From assembly GCA_965603825.1 (NCBI GenBank), contig CBFDEM010000018.1, positions 248,001 through 312,000 on the forward strand: a stretch of DNA of 64,000 nucleotides, read 5' to 3'. A model generated the notes under the pieces. The model worked only from the letters and a program-made list of their open reading frames with translations. It made no database searches and was not told the DNA's origin. Position 1 is the first letter of the stretch. Every line of letters starts with the position of its first letter. A program made the translations under genes and the position numbers. This DNA comes from Blepharisma stoltei ATCC 30299 (Eukaryota > Protista > Ciliophora). Shown here piece after piece: positions 1 through 11,168 of the stretch.

Positions 1-1002
1 TACTTTAGGCTCAAGCCTTTGCTTTTCCTCAGTCCCGTTCTCATCACCTCCAAGTCCCGTTGTCGGGCTCTCAATTCCTGCAAACTTTTTCAGCTTCATC
101 TTGATCATGAAAGCAATTACTAGACCAAAAATCTATATAACTTTTACCTGGAAGCATCCAAAAACAATATTGGTTATTCCAAATTTCAATGATATATACC
201 CAATTCAATCATAAATTTTTTCTCTGCAATTACCTATAGGTGTCCCTCTATTGATATCAGTGAAGAGAAAAACGTTTTCTTTAATGCAAACTCCTGAACA
301 GTCAAACCTTTTTTCGACATATTTCAGCAAATTAAGGTACTTAGCATACTCTTGCATATAAGTATCAGAAAATGCATCATCAGGAATGACACAATTATCA
401 ACAGTGACGTCTATTTCCAAGGCCTTTTTCATAAATGCAATTAGAATTGCTTGAACTTCTGGAGGATAATATTGAATGTGCCAGCAAGTATTGCAATTTT
501 GAAGTTTGGTAGCCGTTCCATACGTAAAAGTCTGGTTGGCATAAAGGTGGACTTGGGTAGTAGGCTCAAGGTTGCATGGGCAAAAGATCGTGCACATTAT
601 ACTCCCTGCTTTAATAACTGCATTTGAGGCATCTCGAAGACCTTTCAAGTCGTAGCACTTTTCGTCGCTACCTAAATATTCTTCAGCATAAGCTGCTCCC
701 CATAGGCAAGCTATGCCAAAGACACATAAAAGGACTCCTGACCATCCAGCCACAAACATATAAGAGTAGAGTCCCCACTTATTTTCCTTATAGGTGCCAA
801 AAGCAGCTACAAAAGCAAAAATGATCATTAAAATGCCTATAACGATCATGCATACTCCTACCCATTGTTTTTCAATTGCCTCTACCAGAGGAGAGTCAAT
901 AACAGTTGCTCCAACATATATAGTAAAAGCTCCAGTTCCAAGCTGGAGAAATGAAGTCTCAAATAAAATAAATTTGAGCCAATTTAAATGACAACAACGC
1001 AT
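1..1002 (-). CDS. Tetraspanin-family membrane protein (3' end runs off the window)
   Basis: Three N-terminal hydrophobic helices and a Cys-rich loop (FDCSGVC...GNC). TGA at 205-207 read as Trp leads into TM4, then a 15-nt intron at 133-147; frame stays open to base 1. Confidence 0.75.
133..147 (-). other. 15-nt spliceosomal intron GTAAAAGTTATATAG
   Basis: GT..AG, A at position 10, removes an in-frame TAG within TM4. Confidence 0.85.
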
Positions 1003-1181
1003 TGGCGATTTTATTATGCAGTTAAATTTTACCTATTAGATGATGTCTCATTCATTCGTTTATTATCCGTTTTTCCTTAGAATTATGGTGTGAGCTCAAT
1101 AAATATGGAACGATTTTATGTGATATTTAATAGTGTTATTTGCGATAATTCAGTAGAGAATCTTAAAAAGGTTAATAAAAA

Positions 1182-2330
1182 TTAAACCAAGTTTCCTCTT
1201 TTTTCTTGCTCTTGCTCTAGAGATTCAAAAAGAGCCTTGAAATTTCCAATTCCAAATCCATTGTTATTGTGTCTTTGAATGAACTCGTAGAACAGTGTAG
1301 GTCTGTCTTCGACTGGCTTTGAGAAAATTTGTAAAAGATACCCACGATCATCAAAATCAATTAAGATGTGGAGCTCTTCAATCTTTGCTAAATCTTCTTG
1401 AACTTGGATTGAAGAATGTGCAAGTCTTTTTCTTAGGCTGTCGTAATATTTAGGAGGAACTTCTAAGAACTCAACACCTCTAGCCCTTAAAGTGCTTATA
1501 GTTGATATTATGTCATTAACTCTAAGTGCAATATGCTGTACACCTGCTCCACCATAATATTCAACATATTCTTGAATTTGGCTTTTTCTGAGTCCTTCAG
1601 CAGGCTCATTTATCGGCATTTTGATGACTTCATCCCAATCTGCGACCACAACCGACCTCAAAGATGAATAATCGGTATGTATTACAGATTCATCAGCTGA
1701 CCAATATCGATGGAATTCAAGATACTTCTCATACCACTCCACTGTAGGCGTCATATCACCATCTGGCTGATTTCCAACGATATGATCAATGACTTCCAAG
1801 TTAATTTTAGGGAAAGCCGCATTTATAGGATCATCTCTGGTTACAGCCCTATAGCCTGGTAAAAAGGGTCCTGTGTAGTCAACGTTCTGGATCAATGTGT
1901 GGATGGTATCTCCATAAGTCTGAAGAGACGCAATAACGACCGATCCATACTCATCTTGCAAAACTTGTGGCTCACGGATTCCTTTGCAGCCTTTAGCTGT
2001 CGCCTTCTCGTACATCCCTCTTGCATCGCTTACGCTAAATGCGATATCTTGGACCCCATCACTGTGCATGGCGACGTGACGATTGACTTCATTATCTTCA
2101 GGTGTGAGAGCTGATGTGAAGGCAAGGACTACTTGGTTGTTTCGGATGACATTGGTACAGAACTTTTGGTTTCCAGTTTCAAGCCCTTCATATGCACATG
2201 GGCTGAATCCGAATCTTGATGTGTAAAATGCTGCGGCTTGTTTTGAGTTAGAGACGTAGAAACGGACGTGGTGGAAACCATAGAACTCTCCGATGTCTGG
2301 CCTTGCTTCTGACTTGGTGTAATAAGTCAT
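1182..2330 (-). CDS. HPD: 4-hydroxyphenylpyruvate dioxygenase
   Basis: Motifs DHIVGN, GVQHIAL, YLLQIF and GFGIGNFKALFE; ATG at 2330. From memory it closely resembles Blepharisma japonicum HPPD (not verified). Confidence 0.97.
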   Translation of the reverse strand: MTYYTKSEARPDIGEFYGFHHVRFYVSNSKQAAAFYTSRFGFSPCAYEGLETGNQKFCTNVIRNNQVVLAFTSALTPEDNEVNRHVAMHSDGVQDIAFSVSDARGMYEKATAKGCKGIREPQVLQDEYGSVVIASLQTYGDTIHTLIQNVDYTGPFLPGYRAVTRDDPINAAFPKINLEVIDHIVGNQPDGDMTPTVEWYEKYLEFHRYWSADESVIHTDYSSLRSVVVADWDEVIKMPINEPAEGLRKSQIQEYVEYYGGAGVQHIALRVNDIISTISTLRARGVEFLEVPPKYYDSLRKRLAHSSIQVQEDLAKIEELHILIDFDDRGYLLQIFSKPVEDRPTLFYEFIQRHNNNGFGIGNFKALFESLEQEQEKRGNLV

Positions 2331-3077
2331 TTTTATTAAATTCGCCAAAAGCCACAATAATTCGAGATGGAGAAAAAGAGGGAAATGAAATAAAAATTTA
2401 AGTGTTTAGGGGACTTGGATGGATGCAGAAGGAATTAGAAAAATCAACAGAAAATAATATTGAGTATTTACTTGGGTAAATTAGATACCAGATGAGTTAA
2501 TATAATTAACCCTTTTTAATAACAGATCAATGAAGTTAATGAGTAAAAAATTTCTAAAAATCCTTTATAAATTTTATTTGTATTAGATCTTTTTACTTAA
2601 AGCTTTTAATTTGAGTGGCTTTTATTTTAAATAATAAAATTACAATATGTTTAAAGACACAAAAATTTTGATATTTCTTCCATAAATACTTATTCTTATC
2701 AAAAAAAGAGATTTTTTCAATAGCTTTTCTCTTTGACAGAGTAGGATGAGCTAATATCTTTGAATACTTTTTATTAATAAACTTAATGGATTTAATTCAT
2801 TTAAAATAAAAGCAACTAAATTTTGTTAAACACTTATTCCATTTTTTCTTGATGACGTAAAATAATTCACTTTAAGCTTAAAGATATATTGAAATATAAT
2901 TATTTTCTTTATTATGAATCAAAATTTAATTGAGAATTAGACTTTGAGTCGCGAAATGGGAAGCATATTGAGAATTTTTTAAAATTAATATGGCATTTTA
3001 TACATAAAACCATTATTATAATTACGAGCATGCTTCATATATCATTTAAATCTTAAAGCATCTAGACTTTTTAATTA

Positions 3078-4691
3078 TTAATTAAATTCTTTTTCTTTTA
3101 AAATGCGCTTTTTAATAAAGACTACAAATTCTTCGTAGCTTATAACTCTGTCATGATTTGTGTCAATTAGACGTATAAATTTCTTCAATTCTTTTTTTGG
3201 GACCATTGGCATGGAATATTGAAGTTCAGTCAAATTTAGCATACCATTTCCTGTAATATCATATAATTTAAAGACCTTTTCAACCATTTCTTTTGAAATC
3301 ATTTTGTTTCAGTTGATTGCAGTAGCTAAAAACTCAGAAAATTCAATAGTGCCATTCTCATTTGTGTCACAATTTTTCATAATTGCATCAATATCAATAT
3401 TAAAATCAACCTCCATTCGTCCATAGCCTTCTATAAGCTCTTCTTTGCTAATTTTCCCATCTTTATTTGTGTCGAGTTCTTGAAATAATTTGGATAACTC
3501 TTTTTCATCTTCAGCAGTTAAAATGTGTGAAGCAATAAATGATAGAATGCATTTTTCAAATTTCGATTTAATCTGTCTAGTATTTACCCTAATTTTTCTT
3601 AGCTGATTTAATGCATCTGAATAAATAGGATTTTCAGAAGTGATGTTTTGGATATTTGATTTTATTCATGGATGCTCAAGTGCTTGCTCTGCGCTTATTC
3701 TTTCGTTTGGATTAAAAACTAATAGCTTTTTCAATAAATCTCTAGCACTTTCTGGGCTTTGAATTCATTCAGGGCCATCAAAGTCTAGTCCTAATTTAAT
3801 TGAATTTATTACATCTTCTCCAGTGTTTCCTACGAATGGTAGTCTTCCAGTAAGCATAATATGCAAAATAACTCCTGCGCTTCACAAATCACATTTTTCA
3901 TCAAATTCTCCAGTTAGTACTTCTGGAGCTATAAAATAAATCTAAATTAATATCACCGAGTGAATAGATTGCTTTGATGTATTTCCTAAAATATGAATTG
4001 AGAGATCAAAATCAGCTATTTTTAAACGTGAATCTTGGGCTTTAGATTCAAAAAATAAGCTTTCTGGCTTTAAATTTGCGTGAATGATGCCACGTTTATG
4101 CAGATAGTTTAATCCGTCGAAAATATCAATCATACATTGGATGGCTACAGAATCGCTTAAAAATGAATCATTTGTTATTTTTCTCAGTAACTCGCCTCCT
4201 GAAAACCACTCCGATATGACGTAGAAATATAAAGGAGATTCTATTAATTCATATATTTTAGCTATATTTGGATGATCCTGATTAGTTTTTACCATCATTT
4301 TAAGGCGTTCTATTCTCTTTAAAAATTTTGTACGAATTTCTGGTGTTATTTGACTTTTTGGGTATTTTTTTAATATTCGTTTTAATCCTATACGTTTATC
4401 AATCACAATAAAGACTTCTTTAACTGTTCCTTTGCATAGGGTTTTGACAGTTGTATAGTTTTGTCTAATAGATCCTTGCAAATATTTTGCTAGAGAGTCT
4501 CAGTTGTGACGCTTCGTATTTTGATGTATTGTGGGCTTTTTTAAGGTAAATTCCTTATTTAAGCTTGGCTGTGTTGAAGGATCCTTAGTAGGAGCCGTCT
4601 TTACATACTCTAATAATTCATCTCTATCAGCTGAAGAATTTTCAAGTATTTTTGGCTCTTCTTCAGGCCTTGAATTACAGCAGCAGCCCAT
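3078..4691 (-). CDS. CDPK-like protein with degenerate kinase domain (pseudokinase) and 4 EF-hands, ~522 aa
   Basis: One frame joined through TGA=Trp at 4500, 3882, 3765, 3666 and 3309 plus three 15-nt introns. MGCCC N-terminus; HANLKPES and DFD replace HRDLKPEN and DFG; EF loops such as DTNKDGKISKEE. Confidence 0.88.
3573..3587 (-). other. 15-nt intron GTAAATACTAGACAG (no in-frame stop)
   Basis: Same position as intron 5463-5477 in the paralogue. Confidence 0.8.
3942..3956 (-). other. 15-nt intron GTGATATTAATTTAG
   Basis: Removes an in-frame TAG before YFIAPE. Confidence 0.9.
4278..4292 (-). other. 15-nt intron GTAAAAACTAATCAG (no in-frame stop)
   Basis: Same position as the stop-containing intron 6171-6185 in the paralogue; removal restores KMM-DHPNI. 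Confidence 0.85.
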
Positions 4692-4952
4692 GTTATTTTA
4701 AGAGAAGAATTATATTGAGTATATATAAAACTATGATTAAATTAAGTAATATTCTTTACGAATGCATATGCATTTATCTAAATATTAAATTGTGGTTTGA
4801 TATTTTAAATATAAAACTAAAAAATATTAATAAATTACAATTTATAAATAGGATATAATGATATAATTAAAAATTTAGTACTTAGTACTACATCTATTTA
4901 TACTATAAAGAGAATAGCTTAATCACTTTGAAAGATCATATTACTTACAATA

Positions 4953-6581
4953 TTATAATGATCTAGAGCTACTTAACTTGCTTTGCTTCATTAAGTAGTT
5001 TTGCATATATTCTATAAATTCTTCATACGATATAACTCGGTCCAAATTTGAATCAATCATTCTCATAAAGTTCTTCAGCTCTTTTCTTGAAACCATCGGC
5101 ATACAATACTTAATTTCATTTCAGCACAAAGTTCCATCCCCTGATATGTCATATAGCTTAAAAGCTTTTTCAAGTGTCTCTTCAGAAATCATTTTATTTC
5201 AGTCCAGAGCAGCAGTTAAAAACTCAGAGAACTCGATACTGCCACTTCCATCAGAATCGCAATATTTCATGATTGCATCAATCTCGATGTGTGTATGAAT
5301 ATCTGAGCGCTCATAGCCGGCAATTAACTCTTCCCTACTCAGTTTTCCATCTTTATTTGTATCAAGTTCTTGGAAAAGGTCAGAAAGTTCTTTCTCTTCT
5401 TCTGTCGTCAAAAGATGAGAAGCTATGAATGTTAAAATATATTTTTCAAAATTTGATTTTGCCTATATAAAAAGTACCCTAAATTCGTTTAAATTCTTCA
5501 ATGCAGCGAGGTAGACTGGATTATCGCCTGACGGTTTTTCGAGATTTGACTGGATTCATGGATGATTAATTGCTTCTTCAATTGTAATTCTGTCGTCTGG
5601 ATCATATGTAAGCAACCTTTGTAATAAGTCTTTGACACCATCAGGATACTGGGTCCACTCAGTTGCATCTAATTTCAGTCCTTCTTTCATTGAGGAAACT
5701 ATTTCTTCTTTTGTCTGGCCTGTAAAAGGGAGTTTTCCAGTCACCATGATATGTAACACTACTCCAGCACTTCATATGTCGCATCTTTCATCATAATCTC
5801 CAACTAAAACTTCTGGAGCCACATAATACATCTAAATTAATATCACAGATCGGACAGCGGGGTTCAGCTTTCGTTTCTTATTTGTATATGAAGAGAGATC
5901 AAAATTAGCAATTTTTAAACGTGAATCTGGAGCTTTTGATTCAAAAAATAAGTTATCTGGCTTGATATTTGCATGAATGATTCCACTTTTATGACAATAA
6001 TTCAAACCATTAAATATATCTATCATGCAACGACTTGCCATGTTGTCATTAAGATATGAGTTACTTATAATTTTTTGAAGCAGCTCTCCTCCATCTAAGT
6101 ATTCCGATATAATGTAATAGCATGAAGAGGATTCCAAGGACTCATAAATTTTTGAAATATTCGGATGGTCCTACTTATTTTATACCAAGTCTTTAAGAAT
6201 TTCTACTTGATGCATGAATTTCAAATACCCTTCTGGATCATCTTTTGTCTTTTTGTACTGTTTTAAAATCCGTTTTAACTGCGTTCTTTTATCCAAAACA
6301 ATAAAAACTTCTTTATCGGTGCCTTTGCATAGAGTTTTGACAATTTTATAATACTGCCTCACAGAGCCTTGCACGCTTTTAACGAATGATCCTCTCCTTA
6401 GACCTTTAACTAAACTTAAACTTGCATCGGACTTTGCTTTCCTTTTTCTTTTCAAATCTTGCGGAGTAGGTGGTAACGATGGCGGACCTTTCTTTATGGA
6501 CTCAACTAAGTCTTCACGGTCACGTTGAGTATCTTCTGTAGCTCTTGTATCTTCTTCTGGCCTTGATGCGCAGCAACCCAT
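4953..6581 (-). CDS. CDPK-like pseudokinase with 4 EF-hands, tandem paralogue, ~527 aa
   Basis: MGCC start; HANIKPDN, NFD, APE, DI-TGA and HP-TGA. Introns at 6171-6185, 5832-5846 and 5463-5477; TAA at 4953. Confidence 0.88.
5463..5477 (-). other. 15-nt intron GTACTTTTTATATAG
   Basis: Removes TAG in the CDPK junction region. Confidence 0.9.
5832..5846 (-). other. 15-nt intron GTGATATTAATTTAG
   Basis: Removes TAG before YYVAPE; identical to intron 3942-3956. Confidence 0.9.
6171..6185 (-). other. 15-nt intron GTATAAAATAAGTAG
   Basis: Removes in-frame stops; restores KDL-DHPNI. Confidence 0.9.
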
Positions 6582-6898
6582 TTTATTTAATAACCAGGAG
6601 CTTTAATTCGAAAAACAGTTTTTTTAGCAATACCTCATTTAATTAATTTAGAGCAAAAAAATCATAAATTTCTGAAAAGATTATAAATGTTTCGAGCAAT
6701 TATACATTAATTAATTAGTGGTTAATTTAATCACCAATATGAAGCTTTTTTTATAATTAAGCTTTTTATATTTTAATAAATAAGCCCAAAAAAGATGCAA
6801 TTTTATTTAGAAAGGTCCAATAATCTCAAACTATGTTTTTTTGTTCTATATGCAAAATCCGATTAAAAACAGCAATTTAATATCTTAACAAATGATTA

Positions 6899-7414
6899 TT
6901 AATGAACCAAATTTCATACTTTTTCGTTTTCTTGCTTTAAATTTGACTTTCTATTTGTGACCCTTGGAGAAAGCACTTTGGTTCTAATCTTAAAAATCGG
7001 AGGAGTTTCAATCAAAACGTTTGGCTTTTCTGCTCGAATATCTTGTTTTGATACTCTACTCAGCTTTTTTGCCGCTTGTTTTTTTTCTTTAAAAGGACTA
7101 GCATTCTGATCCATAATGCCAATTAAATCCCTAACGAGAGAGTCTTCTTCTTCATATAGCTCCTCTTCACAATAGCACTTGATAGGCTCTATAACTAAGT
7201 TATTATTGAAGTCAGACTTTTGGTCAATTGACTCAGATCTGTCTTCACAGTTTGCACTGCCCATCGGACTAGAAGGACTTGATACATTGCTTTGGCTTTT
7301 CTGTATAAATGTGAATCTTTTAGATCTCACCCTTTCTAACTGCCCGAGATTTGTACTAGAGTGGCTGATTTTTAAGCTGAGTTTATCTAATTGAAAATCT
7401 TTTCTTTTATGCAT
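6899..7414 (-). CDS. Hypothetical low-complexity protein
   Basis: 166-aa ATG ORF; reading TGA 6914 as Trp extends it to TAA at 6899. Confidence 0.6.
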
Positions 7415-7449
7415 TTATATCTATAATATCATATTAAAAGTGGGTTAAA

Positions 7450-8502
7450 TTATACTGTCTTGGTAATTGTCACCAGCCGTGCATAACCATCTGAGCAGCC
7501 AATGGCAGCCATATCTCCGCTATATGAAAAATCTGTTGAGAACACCGAATTCGGTAAATCCATGACAGCGGCAAATGGCTTATTATAGTTCATCGTATCA
7601 AAGAATCTTGCTTCATTACTGCCTCCAGCAAGAATCATTTCTCCCTCGTCATGCTTTGAATATTGTGCTGAATAAAGCTTGCAAGGCTCAGCTGATCTTC
7701 TAATCCCAACACCTCCATCCCAGTCAATTGTGCATATGCATTCTCCACTTCCTAAGTAAAAGTTTTGCAACTGTTCTCTTTCTCTCCAGCTTCCTGCTAA
7801 GATAACTCCATCTTTGATATCTAACGTATCTCCACAGACATGAGGACCAAAAATGGCTCTTACAGCACATCCTTCTCTGATGTCCCAAACTTGAATTGTA
7901 TTGTCCCATCCTCCACTAATAAGAATATTAGGGTCTTGGGAGTAAAATTTAACTGAGAAAATACGATTGGAGTGCCCAGGAGATCCAGACCCTCCAGGCT
8001 GAAATTCTACTACTGCTTGTTTAGTGGTTTCATCATACACTCTTACTATTAAATCTCTCCCAGCAGTTGCAAATTTAGTCCCATCAGGTGCGAAATCTGC
8101 ACAATACAAAGGGTTATTCGCTGAATATAGTCTATGAAGAGATTTTCCGGAAGTAACATGCCAATGTTGTACACTTCCATCAGCATGGACTGAGATTAAA
8201 ACATTTTTTGTTTTGGATGAACTTGTTGTAGGCCTCCATCTAATGCAAGTTGATGTCACTTTTTCTTCTTCGTTTCCTTGAGTTTCTCTTCTTTGCTGGT
8301 TCAGCATATAGACAAGCTTGGAGTTCCTCATGCTGAAAATTCTAATTGTTCCATCTTCGCAGCCAGCAGCTAAAAATCGGTCTAGAGGGTCAAAACGAAC
8401 ACATTGAATCCCAGTTGATCCGTCTCCTACGAATCCTTTGGAATAAACTTTGCGGTTAACATTGATAGGTTGAAATACTGGGAAGTTTACCGAAGGTTCC
8501 AT
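7450..8502 (-). CDS. WD40-repeat protein
   Basis: Repeated WD motifs (GHSNRIFSVKF...SGGWDNTIQVWD); first ATG at 8502. Confidence 0.92.
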   Translation of the reverse strand: MEPSVNFPVFQPINVNRKVYSKGFVGDGSTGIQCVRFDPLDRFLAAGCEDGTIRIFSMRNSKLVYMLNQQRRETQGNEEEKVTSTCIRWRPTTSSSKTKNVLISVHADGSVQHWHVTSGKSLHRLYSANNPLYCADFAPDGTKFATAGRDLIVRVYDETTKQAVVEFQPGGSGSPGHSNRIFSVKFYSQDPNILISGGWDNTIQVWDIREGCAVRAIFGPHVCGDTLDIKDGVILAGSWREREQLQNFYLGSGECICTIDWDGGVGIRRSAEPCKLYSAQYSKHDEGEMILAGGSNEARFFDTMNYNKPFAAVMDLPNSVFSTDFSYSGDMAAIGCSDGYARLVTITKTV

Positions 8503-8711
8503 CTTATCGTATATAGGAATTTTTTCAATTTTTTTAAAAATAATATGTCTCAAAACTGCGCCTATATCAGACAAAAAGATTATTTGAAACTAAAGCCTTA
8601 TTGAAAATTTTCCAAAGCTTATAAATTATGAAAGTTCTGAATTTTTTGAAAATATTTCATAAGCTTTAAATAAATGTGCAATTCACCATTTTATATTATT
8701 TCAGCCACAGA

Positions 8712-9179
8712 ATGTCAAGTTTAGTGGTCACTCAAGAGAGCGAGTTCAACTTTATCTTGCGTATTCTGAATACAAATATTGATGGAAGAAGAAAAGTGAT
8801 GTACGCTCTTACAGCTATAAAGGGTATCGGAAGAAGATTTTCCAATCTTATCTTAAAGAGAGCTGGGGTAGATTTAACCAAGAGAGCTGGACAGCTTACA
8901 GAGGAAGAGATTGAAAAAATCGTGACGATTATTAATAAACCAACGGAGTATAATATTCCTACTTGGTTTCTTAATAGAAGACGTGATATTGTGGTTGGGA
9001 CTGATTCACAAATTGTAGCCAACTTTTTGGATGCCAAGATGAGAGAGGATTTGGAAAGAATGAAGAAAATGATGCTGCATAGAGGTCTAAGACACTGGTG
9101 GGGAGTCAAATGCAGAGGTCAAAAGACCAAGACTACTGGAAGAAGAGGAAAGACTGTTGGTGTCGCAAAGAAGAAGTAA
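8712..9179 (+). CDS. RPS18: 40S ribosomal protein S18 (uS13)
   Basis: [43 protein letters not shown]. Confidence 0.98.
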   Translation: MSSLVVTQESEFNFILRILNTNIDGRRKVMYALTAIKGIGRRFSNLILKRAGVDLTKRAGQLTEEEIEKIVTIINKPTEYNIPTWFLNRRRDIVVGTDSQIVANFLDAKMREDLERMKKMMLHRGLRHWWGVKCRGQKTKTTGRRGKTVGVAKKK

Positions 9180-9734
9180 AAATAATACATTCTTTAGTAG
9201 AGAAATTTGATAGGTGTTGTAAATTTTTAGAAGTCTTTATTTTAATTGAAATCAAAAGTCTAATGTTGAGATAAAATATTACTATTTAAATTTAGCAAGG
9301 TTTGTTTTTAACCTGCTAATTAGCTTTCATAAGTTTAATTTAACGTTTGAAAGATATAAAGAAACAAAAATAATATTTTGCTTAGTTTTAGCTGTTTAAA
9401 ACAGTATTAAATTATTTTAAAATCAATTCTCATTATTAATTTAATATCGCAATCATTTTAGATTATTTATATGTCTTTAAATCCTTTCTTTTTGGTACTT
9501 ATCTTCAAAATTTTTATTATTTTCATTTTTATAAAAACTCTTTTAAATTTTTAAAAATACCCAAATAATTTGGGGCCTTAGAGCATAATTTAGCAAATTG
9601 CACAAGCACAAGCTCAAACCTCTCAAATTCAAATAAAACCTAATTAAAGAAAATTCCAAATTTTGCCGGCTATTACTCAGCTTAAAAACCAATATGCACA
9701 AATTCGCGCGTATTAATAATTATTTAACTATCCA

Positions 9735-11168
9735 ATGAACGAAAAAATCTCCTTAAACCAGTCTGCAAAATTTTTACCCCTAAAATCAGAAAACGACCCT
9801 CCTAAGGCATCTTTCAAAGATCTAATTATGATGAAATCCAAAACAGAGTCCCCATTCTCCCGCCAAAAGAAGGAAGACTTTAGCATTGCATTAGCAAAAG
9901 GAGTTCTAATTGATTCAGATATCAAAGACGAACTTGAAATATTAGCCCCCGTGCAATTGAACGGATTTACTTTTAAATCAAAAACCAACAACCCAAGAGA
10001 ACTTCTCCGCGAAAATTTAAAAAAAAGAATTAATGACCGAAAAACTGCACATATGGAAGCTGAAGCAGCTTTTACAAAAACTAGTACTGAGTTAGAAGGG
10101 AAAAATAAGCCCGCCAATGAAAGCGAAAGCGACAGCGAATTCCATCCTGAGGAAGAAGAAGCTTTAGAATTGCAAAAAATCATCCAGCTTGAAGAAGGTG
10201 AAAGCTCTGAATCTGCTGAATCAATAGAGGATAAAGACCCAGAGAATGTGAAAGACAAATGTGAAGAGTCAAGCGACACTGAAAGTGAGACGGAAACTGA
10301 TATTGAAGAAAATAAAAATGAAAGCAATAAAGAGACTGAAAACACTATTCCTAACTTAAATATACAGGAAAGTGCAATAACAGACTCAATTACAGTGGCA
10401 ACTTCTCCTTTTATTCCAGTTGAGAAAAGAAAAGCTCCAAGATTTGTGTCTAAATTTTTAGAAGATGAGGCAGAGCTTGGAAGTGATCATGAAGAACATG
10501 ATGATTTAGTTAAAGTTCACAAAGACAATGATGAGAGCTCGGGGGATGATAAAGATCTTGAAGAACTTATTGATGCTGGAGAAGTTGATGAAGCCAAAGA
10601 GATGCTAGAAGCTAAATTTCTAGGAGATATGGCTGTACAAGACCATCAGCAGCTACAAAAAGTTGTAAATGCTGATTTTAAACGCAAAAGAAATCAAATT
10701 GATTATTTAAATGATACACCTACAATAGGAACTAAAAAAATGAAATTAATGGAACAAAAGAAGCAAATCCTTGAAAATAGAGAAAAAGGAGTTGTAGTAG
10801 AAAATCAATTTGGGATGGCTTGCGATAACACAGAAGAATTAGATGAGGAAGAAATGAGCAAGTTACAGCTTTTGAGGGAAACCCATAGCTTGAAGTTAAT
10901 TAGAAACCAATTTAGCTGCCCAATAGAAATTGATGAAAAGTCACTTTCTTATTTGATGATGCTAGAAAAACCGGAAAATAAAATTCCATGCAAATCACTA
11001 TTGGGAGAAAATGATAAATCTAATAGTATAAGGGTGTTTAGAGAAAACAGCAATCTTACATCGAATAAATCGTTTGTGTTTTCAAAGGGAGAGAATAAAG
11101 AGCAGAAAGGAAAGGGGATTTTCGAGAAGAAACGAAAAACCAAGTTGTATAAAATGCTTAGTAATTAG
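9735..11168 (+). CDS. Acidic protein with Mrc1/Claspin-like C-terminal motif
   Basis: 477-aa ORF; FLEDEAELGSD...LEELID...DHQQLQKVVNADFKRKR resembles the MRC1 domain. The gene is likely real; the identity is tentative. Confidence 0.55.
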   Translation: MNEKISLNQSAKFLPLKSENDPPKASFKDLIMMKSKTESPFSRQKKEDFSIALAKGVLIDSDIKDELEILAPVQLNGFTFKSKTNNPRELLRENLKKRINDRKTAHMEAEAAFTKTSTELEGKNKPANESESDSEFHPEEEEALELQKIIQLEEGESSESAESIEDKDPENVKDKCEESSDTESETETDIEENKNESNKETENTIPNLNIQESAITDSITVATSPFIPVEKRKAPRFVSKFLEDEAELGSDHEEHDDLVKVHKDNDESSGDDKDLEELIDAGEVDEAKEMLEAKFLGDMAVQDHQQLQKVVNADFKRKRNQIDYLNDTPTIGTKKMKLMEQKKQILENREKGVVVENQFGMACDNTEELDEEEMSKLQLLRETHSLKLIRNQFSCPIEIDEKSLSYLMMLEKPENKIPCKSLLGENDKSNSIRVFRENSNLTSNKSFVFSKGENKEQKGKGIFEKKRKTKLYKMLSN

